Source of the DNA: the human T2T-CHM13v2.0 reference genome, Homo sapiens
Direction: 5' to 3' (one strand)
Length of the DNA stretch: 64,000 nucleotides
Assembly (NCBI RefSeq): GCF_009914755.1
Contig: NC_060926.1
Part shown: piece after piece, positions 44,749 through 64,000 of the stretch
Layout: the number at the start of each line of letters is the position of its first letter
Numbering within the stretch: the first letter of the stretch is position 1
Notes under the pieces: model-generated
Told to the model about the DNA's origin: nothing
Seen by the model: only the letters and a program-made list of their open reading frames with translations
The model's database searches: none
Program-made: the position numbers and the translations under genes

Positions 44749-45844
44749 ATAGCTAGATCGCTTCTAAGAGAAGCCTTCAAAGCTTCAAAAGGCTGACTCT
44801 CTTGTTAGGGGCTAGTGCAGCCAGTGACTTTATGTTAAAGCCAATGCTCATTTACCATTCTGAAAATCCTAGGGGTCTGAAGAATTACACTAAATATACT
44901 CTGCCTGTGCTGTATGAATGAAACAAAGCCTGGATGACAGCACATCTGTTTAAAACGATTTACTGAGTATTTTAAGCTCACCGTTAAGATCTACTGCCCA
45001 GAAAAAAAAAAAAAGATTCCTTTCAAAACATTACTGCTGATTGGCAAAGCATCTGGTCACCCAAGAGCTCTGATGGAGATGTACAAGGAGATGAATGTTG
45101 TTTTCATGCCTGCTAACAGCCATTCTGCAGCCCATGGATCAAGAAGTAATTTCGACTTTCAAGACTTAATACTTAAGAAATTATTTTTAAGGCTACAGCT
45201 GCCATAGATAGTTATTCCTCTCATGGATTTGGGCAAAGTCCATTGAAAACCTCCTGTAAAGGATTCACCATTCCGGATGCCATGACTTTGAGGGGTTCAA
45301 GACTTCAGTGGAGAAAGCAACTGCAAGTGTGGTAGAAACAGCAAGAGAACTAGAATTAAAAGTGGAGCCTGAAGATGGGACTGAATTGCTGCAATCTCAT
45401 GATAAAACGTGAACAGATGAGGAGTTGCTTCTTATGGATGAGCAGAGAAAGTGGTTTCCTAAGATAGAATCTACTCAGGAAGTAGATGCTGAATGAAGAT
45501 GTTGTGAACATTGTTGAAATGACAACAGAGGATTTAGAATATTACATAAACTTAGCTGATAAAGCAATGGCAGTGTTTGAGAGGATTGAGTCCAATTCTG
45601 AAAGTAGTTCTATTGTGGGAAAATGCAATCAAACAACATCACGTGCTACAGAGAAATCTTTTGTGGAAGAGTCAATCAATGCAGTAAACTTCATTGTTGT
45701 CTGATTTTACAAAATTGCCAGTCACCCCAACATGTAGCAACCTCTGCTCTGATCAGTCAGCAGCCATCAACATCAAAGCGAGACCTTCCAGCAGCAAAAA
45801 GATTAAGACTTGCTGAAGGCTCAATGATCATGAGCATTTTTTAA

Positions 45845-46154
<310 letters not shown>

Positions 46155-46720
46155 TTAACCATTATTTTAAATTAAAGTATATACCATTGTTTTTCTAAAC
46201 ATGTTACAGCTTTTATATGCACTGGGAAACGTAAAACTCATGTGATGTGCTTTATTGGGATGTCAGGCTTTCTTGTGGTGGTATCACAAACCTGCAGTGT
46301 CTCTGCAGTGTGCCCGATGTGCACTGTAGCATTTTTGTAGAGTCAGAAGATTAAACATTTGCATTGGTTCAGTCCGGGACTGGGTAAACAAAGGGTGGCA
46401 GAACACAAAGCACTATCACTGACCTCCATAAACGACCTGATGAATGACCAAGTCTCCACCCCCACAGTAAAATATTAATTGATGTCATGAGCAGAGTGCC
46501 TTCTAGTGTGCCCTGAACACCGATCCCCACCAGTGATGATGTGTGCTTAGTAAGACTCAGTTTTACTTGCTCTCAAACCTGTTTATGCCAGTTTCACTAG
46601 TTAATGTAACTACATTTAGAAATAATTCAAAATAATGAAAGAGTGAAGAGAAATTTATCTATGGATATTAAATTTACCACACTGAAATTTCAAGAAAAAC
46701 AAGTTGCCTTAAAAAAATTA

Positions 46721-47007
<287 letters not shown>

Positions 47008-47146
47008 GTCAAATGGAGGAAAACCTTTAAAATCTCAGAGAATCTACACTGATTATGAGTTTCTTAAATTTTTGTTCCACTTAAATGAATGCTGAAAATC
47101 CTAGACGACATATTATCAATTTCATTTACATAAGAAGAGAGTATGT

Positions 47147-47940
47147 GGCCAGGCATGGTGGCTCATGCCTGTAATCCCAGCACTTTGGGAGGTTGAGGTG
47201 GGTAGATCGCTTGAGCCCAGGAGTTCAAAACCAACACAGGCAACATAGTCTGAAAGGAAAATAAATCTTGGGGCCCCCAAATCACTAAGTTAAAAGGAAA
47301 AGTCTAGCTGGGAACTGCTTAGGGCCAACGTGCTTCCCATTCTCTTCAAAGTCTCCCCTCTGTTCACTGAGATAAATGCGTATCTGACTGCCTCCTTTGG
47401 AGAGGCTCATCAGAAACTCCAAAGAATGCAACCATTTGTCTCTTACCTGCCTGTGACTTGGAAGTCCCCTCCCCACTTGGAGTCTTCCTGCCTTTGCTTC
47501 GAGCCATCCTGCCTCTCCAGACCGAACCAATGTTCGTCCTGTATATGCTGACTGATGTCTCATGTCTCCCTACAATGTATAAAGCCAGACTGTGCTCTGC
47601 CCACCTTGGGCACACGTCATCAGGACCTCCTGAGGCTGGGTCACGGGTGCGCGTCCTCACCCTTGGCAAAGTAAGCTTTCTAAATTAACTGAGACTTGTC
47701 AGATTTCCTGGGTTTACAATGGTGAAACCCTGTCTCTACCAAAAAATAAAAAATAAAAATAAAAATAAAAATTAGCCAGGCATGGTAGTATGCACCTGTA
47801 GTGCCAGTTACTCAGTGTGGAAGCTGAGGTGGGAGGATCACCTGAGCCCCAGGGGTTGAGCAGTGAGCCATGATGGCACCACTGCACTCCAGCCTGGACA
47901 ACACAGCAAGACCCTGTTTCCAAAAAAAAAAAAAAAAGAA
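47147..47940 (+). mobile_element. AluJ-like element split by an LTR insertion (arms 47147-47250 and 47719-47940)
   Basis: ggcaacatagtc|LTR|atggtgaaaccctgtctctac. Confidence 0.82.
47251..47718 (+). mobile_element. Solo ERV1 LTR, MER4A-family
   Basis: TG...CA termini; tgaaaggaaaataaatcttgggg...gctgggaactgcttagggccaac...caccttgggcacacgtcatcaggacctcctgaggctg...; TATA-like tgtataaa. Confidence 0.8.
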
Positions 47941-48012
47941 AACATGTAGAATCCAGCCAGTCCCATTTCAAATAGGTCTTCACCCTGTATCAAATGACTG
48001 GTGATTAAATAA

Positions 48013-48695
<683 letters not shown>

Positions 48696-48924
48696 CTGCA
48701 GCTATGTGTTACGTTGGTATGTAACCAGTCGTGTTAAAAGATATACATGTTTGTACATGCATAAGACCTCTCTAGAAGGAAACTCAAGTCATTGAGAATA
48801 GCAAAAGGACAGGAAGTCCAGAGCCCAGTCCTCAACAAGCATCAACATGAACAGCTGGGTAAAAGATGGACTTGAAAAGACAATTCTGCTGTGAAGCTGT
48901 AGAATGTGAAGACGGGAGGGAAGA

Positions 48925-49159
48925 CCATGAAAAATGGCACATATTCCTACACCACATACCCCCAAAGTGTGTTTTAATAGGAAACTATGGATGGACATAT
49001 GCTAAGTGTTTGTGAGAGTTATCAGCAGAAGGGGAAAGCTCTGTATTATATGAGGCTCTTTACTTTTCAACAAAAATACCTCCACCTGGAGAGGGAAAAG
49101 AGGACACTTAAGTATCACCAGGTACTACAAATCAGTGAAAAACAGAGTCACAAAATTTA
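48925..49159. repeat. Dispersed ~230-bp duplication, copy 1 (paralog at 51920-52150)
   Basis: Shared blocks atgctaagtgtttgtgagagttatc, ctttacttttcaa, tactacaaatcagtgaaaa, cagagtcacaaaattta. Confidence 0.88.
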
Positions 49160-51156
49160 TTTTCTCTGCTGTGCTATTCTCATTACAATTGCCACGTTAT
49201 CTGCAAGACGTCTGAATTAAAATTTTTTTTTGTTAATTTCCTTTTGAGGAAGTGGTGATGACTTTACATGAACCTATTCAAGCCTTGGAAACTGAGAACA
49301 AGATACATAAGAGCTGTCTTTACCATGTGGAGAGCATTTAAAGGGGGACTGAGTTCTGTCCAGTTGCCTGCACAACCAAGAACAACTAAGAACAATTCTG
49401 AAGACACATTTCATCTCAACATGAAGAAAAGGATCACTAAGAGTGAGCATGCTTTCCTGAATTAGCACCTAGGAAAAAAAATGGGCAGAGCTTATTCCCA
49501 CTGTGAAGTGTACTCTCCACTGGGTGATCATTTAACTTACATGACTCCTTAGGGTCTCCTCCATCTTAAGTTTCTTTGACTCACTGAAGAAACAAACCAC
49601 TGCTTCTAGGTGGAAATGCATCCGTATGACCCATGGGTTTACTGATGTCTCTAACTGCCATGGTAACACTAGTCTGCCACCCTGAGCCGCTGAAAGGTGT
49701 TTCATGGCAGCTCCTGCACACACACATACTCCTCACCAGGGCTTGAAGCCCACGCAGGCCCCCACCCCAACTGTAATGGTGTTCCTGGGAAGGGGATGGG
49801 AACAGAATGGCTGTAGGAAGGGCCATTCCCCTTTAGTCCTGCAATTTAAAAATCCCTTCCATCTCCTCACTATAAATCTCATTAAACTACAAGAAACAAA
49901 ATAATTTGAAGTTTGACCCAGGGCAACAATTTACACTTGATGATTTTTTCCTTCCTACAATTTACATAGGAAAGTTCTATGAGCTAGAATTAGCTTAGCT
50001 CATGTTTATAAAGAACTCTGTTATGGATACAAAGCTAGCTAACGCCATGGGTGGAAAATACTTAAGAATCTGAAAGATTAATCTTGGGCTCAGTCCTATC
50101 CAAATAGAAACAATACTTTTCTACAAACAAGAAAACACACATCAGGAAAACCCAAGTCTTCAGGTTTTCTCCTCTCAAGGGTGGAGAGCATGTGGCACTC
50201 CAATGTGCGATCTGCTGCTGACACTGCTTGGCACATCACCCTCTTCACTTGGCCTGCTTCCTCCTTTGTCTCATGAGAAGGTGGGACTGCATCATCTCTC
50301 CAAGTACTCTCTTCCTATCAGTCTACTCTTCAGAGATTAAGCCTCACTTCTGGATATAAAGACTCCCTAGAAACGCTTACTTATATAACTGTCTCCACAA
50401 AGAGCTAATTCAACATTAAACTGCACGAATACAAGCACAACGTCCCCACCAAAGCACAGGTATGTTCCTCTATGCAAAGTTAGACAATGGAGATACCGGA
50501 CTCAGATCAGAACATTACCATGTAAGAGAAAAACTGACATACATCCAGGGAGCAGGAACTTAGATGTCTCATCTATAAAGAGAGAAAACTGGGCAGAACA
50601 AGAAAACACTATTTCCTACTATTAGAAAACAAGTATCACACCAGGAAGATAAAGACAGCTTCTCTGCAACTCCAAAGGCATCCAAGGACAGGAAGGGGTC
50701 AGGATGGCAGAGAAGGAAGATCAGTAATGAGGGGAAGTAGGATCAGAATAGCAGAATGGCTGGCACCAAAGGTAAGGAGTGCCCTCTAAAGGAAACCTCA
50801 AGAAGACATTAGGCATCAACGTGGGGTGAGTATGGCAGTGGGAAACTCAAGTATTAGATAAAAAGGAAACTCCAGCTACTGCACGTGTGGGATGAATGGA
50901 CTTCAGAAGGGCAACAGCAGAGATAGCGAGACATAAAAAGCTAAAAAAAAAAAATCTGGAAAGTAACACAACTTCAATATGCAGATGGGCTGAAGAAACC
51001 ACGTTGTGTCCATGCAGTGAAGCAACACATAGCATAAAAGGTAGAAGGAAAGCCTCCATACACTACTATGCATAGTCTTCGGGGTACACAGTTAATGAAA
51101 AGAGCAACGGAGGCCAGCAGGTGCAGGGTATGCTACCTTTCTGTAAGAAAGAGTCA

Positions 51157-51627
<471 letters not shown>

Positions 51628-51919
51628 CTAAAAATAAAACGTTCCACTTCTTTATCTCAATGCTGGTTATATGAGTGAGTTCAGTTAGTGAAAATTCACT
51701 GAGCTATATACATTAAAAAGTGCATGTTTATTATACCTCAATAAAAAGTCTACTTAGAAAATGGAAACAAATGTATCTAACAATGTCAGAGCGGCGGCCT
51801 AAGCATCAGAGAATTATTTAACTTTAAAACACAATAATTTGACAATATATTCCAAATGGGATATATCCTAATAATGTCAGTATCGTTACTGTAAGAATAT
51901 ATTGTATGAAAAATATGTG

Positions 51920-52150
51920 CCATGAAAATGGCACTTATTCATACACTACACGCCTCTGAAAGTGTGTTTTAACAGGAAACTCTGGACAGACACATGCTAA
52001 GTGTTTGTGAGAGTTATCTGCAGGAGGGGAAGCTCTGTATCACACGAGGCGCTTTACTTTTCAAAGATGCCTCCATCTAGAAAGGGAATAAAAGATGCTT
52101 AAGCATCGTCGGCTACTACAAATCAGTGAAAAGCAGAGTCACAAAATTTA
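51920..52150. repeat. Dispersed ~230-bp duplication, copy 2
   Basis: Same blocks as copy 1, offset about 3 kb. Confidence 0.88.
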
Positions 52151-52664
52151 GAATAGGTAAGCGAGTTAATATCATTAAGAACCAAGATTTTAGCCTAAGA
52201 AAATGATACACATTGAACTGACTGATATATAAACACCATCTCACGGCAAGAGACTGGGGTTCCTTAGAAACATGACTGACTCTAGGTCTAAGCAGAACAC
52301 GGACGAGGTACAACACCCTCCTGTGACAGGCAGGCAGGGAGCAGTCACAAACCAAGGAGTCACACCCAAAGATGACACAAGCCAACTTGGGTAGAACAAC
52401 AGAAGCACCAAAATACGGCTTCCACGGGTTGAAGCACAATCACATCCCCAGGTTTATAGTACTAGGGGGAAATGCTACAGAAATGAACTTCAACTTTGGA
52501 AGCTATTAGTTCCAGTGCATCCTAAACACTGATAAAGGAAAGAAATCATTCATTTCTTCTTTCTCCCCAGCAGGAACCACATTTCAGAACCTCCAAAATT
52601 GATACAGGAAATCTTCTTTAAATAAGAATAGAATTAGAAAAATCTTCACTTTATAATTGTCAGC

Positions 52665-52997
52665 TGTAGGCTGAACAATGGCCTCCAAAGATATTCAAGT
52701 CCTAATTTCTGGATTTGGATATGTTACAGATGAATTAAGAATCTTGAGATGGGAGATCATTTTGGATTATATGGGTGGGACGTAACCACAATCACAAGTG
52801 TCCTTTAGATCATGTGCTCTAATGATGGAGGAAGGGGCCATAGCCAAAAAATGGCTGCCACGAGCTGGAAAAGGCCAGGAAGCAGATACTCTCCAGAGCT
52901 GCCTGATGGCACCCAGATACCCAGACTCTAGACCAGTGAGACTGATTTCAGCCACAGTGTTGTAATTTGGTACAGCAGCAATAGGAAAGTAATACAC
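52665..52997 (+). mobile_element. MLT1-type MaLR LTR
   Basis: tgtaggctgaacaatggcctccaaagat...gagatgggagatcattttggattat...gtaatttggtacagcagcaataggaaagtaataca. Confidence 0.75.
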
Positions 52998-53809
52998 CAA
53001 CTAAATAACGGGTACAAGCAACAAGCAAATGGCCGTTAAACCCAGTAGAGAACTGGTTGATAAAGAACTCTATAATTCAACCTACTGACACCGCACCCGA
53101 CATCATGTAACCTGGCTGCTCAACGTGCAACACAGAGCACAGTCTGTGGAATATCCTTGAAACCACTGCCCCCCACCCCCCCAACAACAAACAGCCTGAA
53201 ACCAATTAAGCATCCTGACCTAGCTACAGGAAGTATGAGGATTAGAAAAACACATTAGATAGTGCCACAACACAGTCAACCAAATCCCAAACCTGGGACG
53301 TTCCACAGCACAAACAACCCTATTGCCTTCATAAATAAATGGCATTAAAAACAAAAACTAAAAAAGGGAAAAGAAGCTGCAAGCTATAGATTTTCAAAGA
53401 GCTAAGAGGCTTAAACCAAATGCAATGTGGAGACCTTCTTTGGATTTCAATTCAAGCAAACAAAGTGTAAAAAGGCTTTTTATGACATCTGGAGAAAACC
53501 AAACACAGAATAAATATTAGATAATATTAATGAGCGTGGTTGGTGGTGTTAGCTATGATGAAGGTATTGTGGTTATGTTTTTTAAAGCCGTTTCCTAAAA
53601 AATACATGCTAAAGTATTTAGAGGTGACTAAAAGTCTGAGATTTGCTTTAAAATACTCAAATGAAAAATATAAAATATTGGGAGTGGGCAGGGCTATAGT
53701 AAAATGCTGACAACTGTGAAAGCTGGGTGACAGGCATATGATTCTCTTCTATTCTATTTTGTGGTATATTTTGAAGTTTTCCCAACAAGGTTTAAAAAAG
53801 GAAAAGAAA

Positions 53810-54932
<1,123 letters not shown>

Positions 54933-55431
54933 CTACTTGGTCAATCAAAAGCAAAATCAGTTTCTTTGAAAAAAGCAATTGAAGAGCAATTAACTCTCTC
55001 TAGCCTGACAAAAGAAAAGAACACACACCCGAGATTACAATGATACAATATTATCTTTGCCTGGTTTTGAAATAAGAAGTGTTATAAATGGCAGTAATTG
55101 TATCTTCTGGTAGCTCCCAAGGAAATAAGAGCTTCTTTGTCTCACGGGTGCCACGAATTATTTTTGTAACTCATTGGCATTAATTGGGTTCTGATCTCGT
55201 TAGGGACCAATAACTATAATCAGGGGGCCAAGGGCATGTGTTATGTCTAGTAGCCACAGCCAACCAGGTCCACCCATGCAGCTGAGCCATTCTATCTAAA
55301 ACACATGGTTTACACATGGTAGAAAGAGTTGTTCCCCAAAGGAAAATCGGCATTGTTTTGTCTTCCCAAAACAATGAGTAGATGTTGCAGAGATTAATCA
55401 TTATAGACTATTCTACAGACACGTAAATTTC

Positions 55432-55645
55432 TATTTTATTTTATTATTTATTTATTTGAGACAGAGTCTCGCTCTGCTGCCCAGGCTGCAGTACAGTGAT
55501 GCAAGATAGCTCACTGTAGCCTTGAACTCCTGGGCTCAAGCCATCCTTTCCACCTCAGACTCCTAAGGCGCTGCGACTACAGGTGCGTACACCATGCCCA
55601 ACTAATTTTTTCTCCAAGAGACAGGTCCTGCTATATTGCCCAAGC
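55432..55645 (-). mobile_element. Partial AluJ
   Basis: (TTTA)n followed by gagacagagtctcgctctg... Confidence 0.8.
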
Positions 55646-55797
55646 TAGAAAACATGTAAAATTTTAAACAAAACACGAGCCTAATTAATTGATCACTAAA
55701 TTTAGAGAACAAGACATCATGACTAAGAATGGTCTGTTCTAGGGATACAGTTTTAAAATTAGAAAATATATACTTATGGCTAAAAGGAGGACAAATA

Positions 55798-58080
<2,283 letters not shown>

Positions 58081-58779
58081 TAGGACTTGGACTTTTTTTG
58101 TTTGTTTTTAAACTGGGGATACGGGCTTCCACATAAGAGAATATCTACATAGCTAGGGTATCAGAGCCCAAGTGGAGTGAGGAAGATGCTCATGGTGGGT
58201 GGAGGTGCAGGATGACAGCAGCTGAGTGAGATGAGGCGGCAGCGGGCATCCGAGCAGGAAGGTCAACAAGAGGAGCCTCGTTCCATACAGGGTGAATAAT
58301 CAAGGAAGTAAACATATTAGAGACACTGGGATCTAAGATTGTCACTGTTGGGAAACGGAGTTATCCACTTGGAAAGCGAGAAACTAGAATAAACCCTGTG
58401 CTACTACATTGGAAATGGGGGTACTGGAATAAACTCATGCTTTTCAATACATGGAGATATTAAAAAATGAGACTGTGTTAAAAATACACACGCATGTAGC
58501 TGTAGGTATGTTTTGTATATGTATGTATACACATACTCTGTCGACTGAGAGGGCCTGGGTATAGTAACACTCCAGCAACCTAGCTGGTGCCTAGACCCTG
58601 TTTCTCTGAGAGCCAATTGCCATAAAAGGGAAGCAGGCCTTCTTGAAGAAAAGGCAGAATCCAGGTCTGGGGCAGGGAAGGTACATGAAGAGCCCAGAAT
58701 ATCCTGTGGTACAAGAAAGAAAGAGAAGAGAAGAGAAAGAGACAGAGAATAATGAGGACATATCAGAAGGACACAGACA

Positions 58780-59448
<669 letters not shown>

Positions 59449-60217
59449 TCATGGCAAAAGGGTAATAATCAACCGAATTAACTGGGGAAACCATGAGCCA
59501 ATATTGACATAAATAAGCAAATTGAACTCTGATTAAAGTTGAGATAGTTGAGATAACTGAAAGTTTGATTTTATTTCAAAAGTATCTCCCTACTATATAC
59601 TTAACAATTACAAAGATTTCACAGTGGAGAAGCTGGAAGGCAGCACCTGAATCAAGCAAGTAAAGTGCACATCACCACTAAGGGGACTAACTGAATTCTG
59701 CACCACCTATTAGGATGCAGAGAAGAACCCAGCCTCCTCCTTGTACTGTTCCAGCCAGAGGCGCAAAACCTAGATCTAATCAAAAGGAAACACCAAACAA
59801 ACCCACAATAAGGGACCCCACAAAATAACTGCTGGTAATCATTAAAAGTGTCAAGCTCAGGCAGAGGAACCATTCCAGTTTGAAAGAGACTAAAGAGATC
59901 TGACAATGAACTGTGGTTCTGAACTAGATCCTTTCAGTGGAATGAGAATGCGCTGCCTGATCAGAAGGCGGCAACGCATTCATGTTGATTTCCTGACTTT
60001 GATGGCTGTATTGCGGTTAAGGAGGAAGGTGTCTTGTCTATAAGTAAACATACCAAAATATCCCAGGGTGAGGTTCGTAGTCCCAACTTACTCTCAGGTG
60101 GTTCAGATAAAGAGCTGTACGGTACCCGTACCTCCTCTGTAAATTCAGGATCGTTTTTTAAAAAAATTAATGGAGGATATGTACTACTACTGTGATTAGA
60201 AAAACTAAACACCCTAA

Positions 60218-60510
<293 letters not shown>

Positions 60511-60610
60511 AGGAAAACTAAACACCCTAATTTGGAAATAAACATCAATATAGGAGAGGGATGGCAGATAACACTGACCATTCCAGTTCAAAGTCAAAAC
60601 CCAAATTTTG

Positions 60611-60929
<319 letters not shown>

Positions 60930-61910
60930 TTAATCACGAGTTCAACTACAAAATGAATGCACATTGCACCCAAACTTTATGTAGCAAAGCATATTGTCAC
61001 GATTCTAAAGTCTGTCACCCAATCATTTTCTCAAACTTCATAAAAGATTTTTTTTTTCTGGTTCACGTTCTTTCATGAGAAAGTAGATTTTTAAACCACC
61101 AGAAAGCATCAAGAAAGCCACAGCACAACCTAGATATGCACAGCAGCACATCCCAAACAACTTCGAGGTCCACATGGGGAACTCCCCCCACCCCGCCCAG
61201 TTCTTCCTAGTAGAAGGCGGGCGCCCCCCGGTGCTCCATCTGGGCCAGCCACTAGCACTGCTGAGCCCCAGTCGTACACTGCCCTAAAAGACGAACAAGA
61301 GGCAAAACTCAGACACTAGGCAAATCGGAGTAACCCACGACATGTAACAGGAACACTGCCCAGCGAGAATTAGGAATATTTAAGCAGGGTGAAAGCAAGT
61401 GACTGCATCAATCAGCAAGGGCTTAAGGAAAGTACACACACATGCACACACACACATTTCCACCACTTCAAGACTGGGGGCAGGTAGAGAAGACAAGCAT
61501 AAGTACATACTGGAATTAAAATACTCTAAGAAGAAGAATCCTAATGCATGCCAAATAAGTTCTAAATATGCTAAACCAGCCTTCAATAAAGCCATATGAC
61601 CAACTGATAACAACAATCTAAATACTATACAAGGTAACTGGCGCAAGATTTGATGGAGAAAAGACCTTCACATCACCACCTCAGTCCTTCACAGGCCAGG
61701 TCCTCCTCTCTCTGAGACAGTAGGGCTGAACCCGGGGACACCCCAGAGCCCTGTAACACGCAGCCAGCAGTCTGCTGAGCTCGTTGTGCAGACGACAAAG
61801 GGAACACAGAACTTGGGTCTCAGGGGCTGGCCAGGCAGCTCCAAGCATGAGCAATTAGATCAAAATAGAAGCCTTGTTTCAAAAGAAAAAAATTGTATTC
61901 TTCAAAGTGA

Positions 61911-62272
<362 letters not shown>

Positions 62273-62934
62273 GCACACATACTGATTTAAACCAATGCTA
62301 TAAGACCACCTAATCGTCTACTTATCAGCAAATGTTTAAAAAGTAAATATAATTAAATCAGTAATATCATTTGAAACAGTCAAATGAGCTAGGTATTAAT
62401 AAAATTAGAAAGCATATCACGTAAGAAGAGTGAAAATTAAGAGTAATATACACATTGCTACAAAATAAAACACATTCGGATGATGCAGTGTATTTCATTT
62501 TGTTCACACTAGCCAGCAAATACTGGGGTGAATACTACACACCTGTAATCATCTAATAATATACACTCAGGAGTAAGCAAACTCCAACATAAAGAAGACA
62601 AAGCAAAGGAAAAGTGAATTTTAAGGTTCTACTCACACACACTTCAGTCTTCTATTTACAAGCTACAAGACACCAAGCAACATGGTTCTCAACTGTCGAA
62701 TGGTTACAGCAGACAGGCAGAAAAGATCCCAAAGGGCCATCCTTTCCTTTCGTTTTGTTTTTTTTTTTAATTTTTCAAGAAAAAGATTTAAGGCAAAAAG
62801 TTTCCTATTCTAATAAATAAATCAGAAACCATACATCTTATAATATTGAAAAGGAAGCCCTAAGGGGTAAAACTGTTTCTGAGCAAGTCACTTGTTTCAA
62901 AACCTCAATTTCAAAAATGGTAAAAGAGGCCGAG

Positions 62935-63535
62935 GGCCAGGCACAGTGGCTCACACCTGTAATCCCAACACTTTGGGAGGCCGAGGTGGGAGGACTGCTT
63001 GAGGTCGGAAGTTCAAGATCAGCTTGGGCAATATAGCAAAACAGAGTGAGACCCCCCACAACTCCCATCTCTACAAAAAAAAAAAAAAAATTTAATTAGC
63101 CAGGTACAGTGCCTGTAGTATGCTTCCCAGCTACTCAGGAGGCGGAGGCAAAAGGATCATTTGAGCCCAGGAGTTCGAGACTGCAGTGAGCTATGATAGT
63201 GTCACTGTACTCCAACTAGTGACTGAGCAAGACCCTGTGTCAAACAAACAAACTAGAGGCCAGGTTAGGTGGTTCACACCTGTAATCCCAGCACTTTGCA
63301 CTTTGGGAGGCTGAAGCAGAAGGACTTGAGTCCAGGAGTACAAGACCAGCCTGGGCAACATAGCAAACCTCCATTTTGACAAAAAAAATAAAAATTAGCC
63401 AGGCACCCTATAGTCCTAGCTACTCGGCAGAAGCAGGAGGATTACTTGAGCTCAGGAGTTAGAAGCTGCAATGAGTTGTGATCACAGCACTGCACTCCAG
63501 CCTGGGCGACAGACTGAGACTCTGTTTCAAAACAA
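62935..63535 (+). mobile_element. Two tandem AluJ-like elements (62935-63253, 63258-63535)
   Basis: Two dimers. Confidence 0.85.
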
Positions 63536-64000
63536 ATTGGTAAAAGTGCCAAATAAATGACCCCCTTTAAAAACTATTTCTCCCAATTTTACACTTGTAC
63601 TGTTGCTTTCTCTTTGCCTCCTTACCTCTATCTGTTCCAATGGATCTGGTCCTTTTGGGATAAGAGCCCTTTTCTCCAGTTTCCCCATTTCCCCTAAGGC
63701 TGTCTGTTGTGGCAACCCCTTTAGAAGTGCAGCTCTCTCCAGAGTCTCCACATGTAAATCTCCTACTAGGCCAGGAGCAGTTGCTATGCAGGTAGCTGCT
63801 GTCTTGGCACCCACGAGAAAACTGCTTTCTCTCCCCAAGGAACCACACACACTCAGAGGTTTGAAGGATGACCAAGGAGCAGGTGAGCTCAGCCACTGTG
63901 TCCTTCTCTGCCTGGCCCGAGGTAAGAGAGTCTTTGCTCACAGTGCCCTACCAATGCCCAACGACTTAACTCTAGCTGCCTGGGCCTAGTGTTGGGCAGG

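Noticed and set aside
63527-63989. Overlapping ORFs of 107-128 aa near the window end
   Set aside because: No recognisable protein similarity or exon signals; consistent with chance.

Overview
Primate (human-like) genomic DNA from the HDLBP (vigilin, multi-KH-domain RNA-binding protein) gene on the minus strand. I read 17 coding exons with canonical AG/GT boundaries (ATG at 27855 down to 589; 2610 nt = 870 codons in one frame; the gene continues past position 1). Also present: a 65-nt 5'UTR exon (29453-29517), an alternative exon with an upstream in-frame ATG (28564-28634), and a CpG-island/TATA promoter with first exon (~33737-33810). Positions 34-64 kb are repeat-rich (Alu, old L1, Tigger1, MER4A, MLT1, hAT MERs). 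The most notable unexplained features are: (1) three candidate poison (NMD-triggering) mini-exons in three consecutive introns, two of them copies of one duplicated ~150-bp cassette with an identical core; (2) an 11-bp inverted repeat pairing the 3' and 5' splice sites of the 5'UTR exon; (3) ERSE/UPRE-type motifs at the promoter plus an intragenic CACGTCA cluster; (4) an inverted AluY pair flanking a 738-nt stop-free exon block. All are sequence-based hypotheses that need RNA-seq or conservation checks. Repeat boundaries and subfamilies are approximate, judged by eye.
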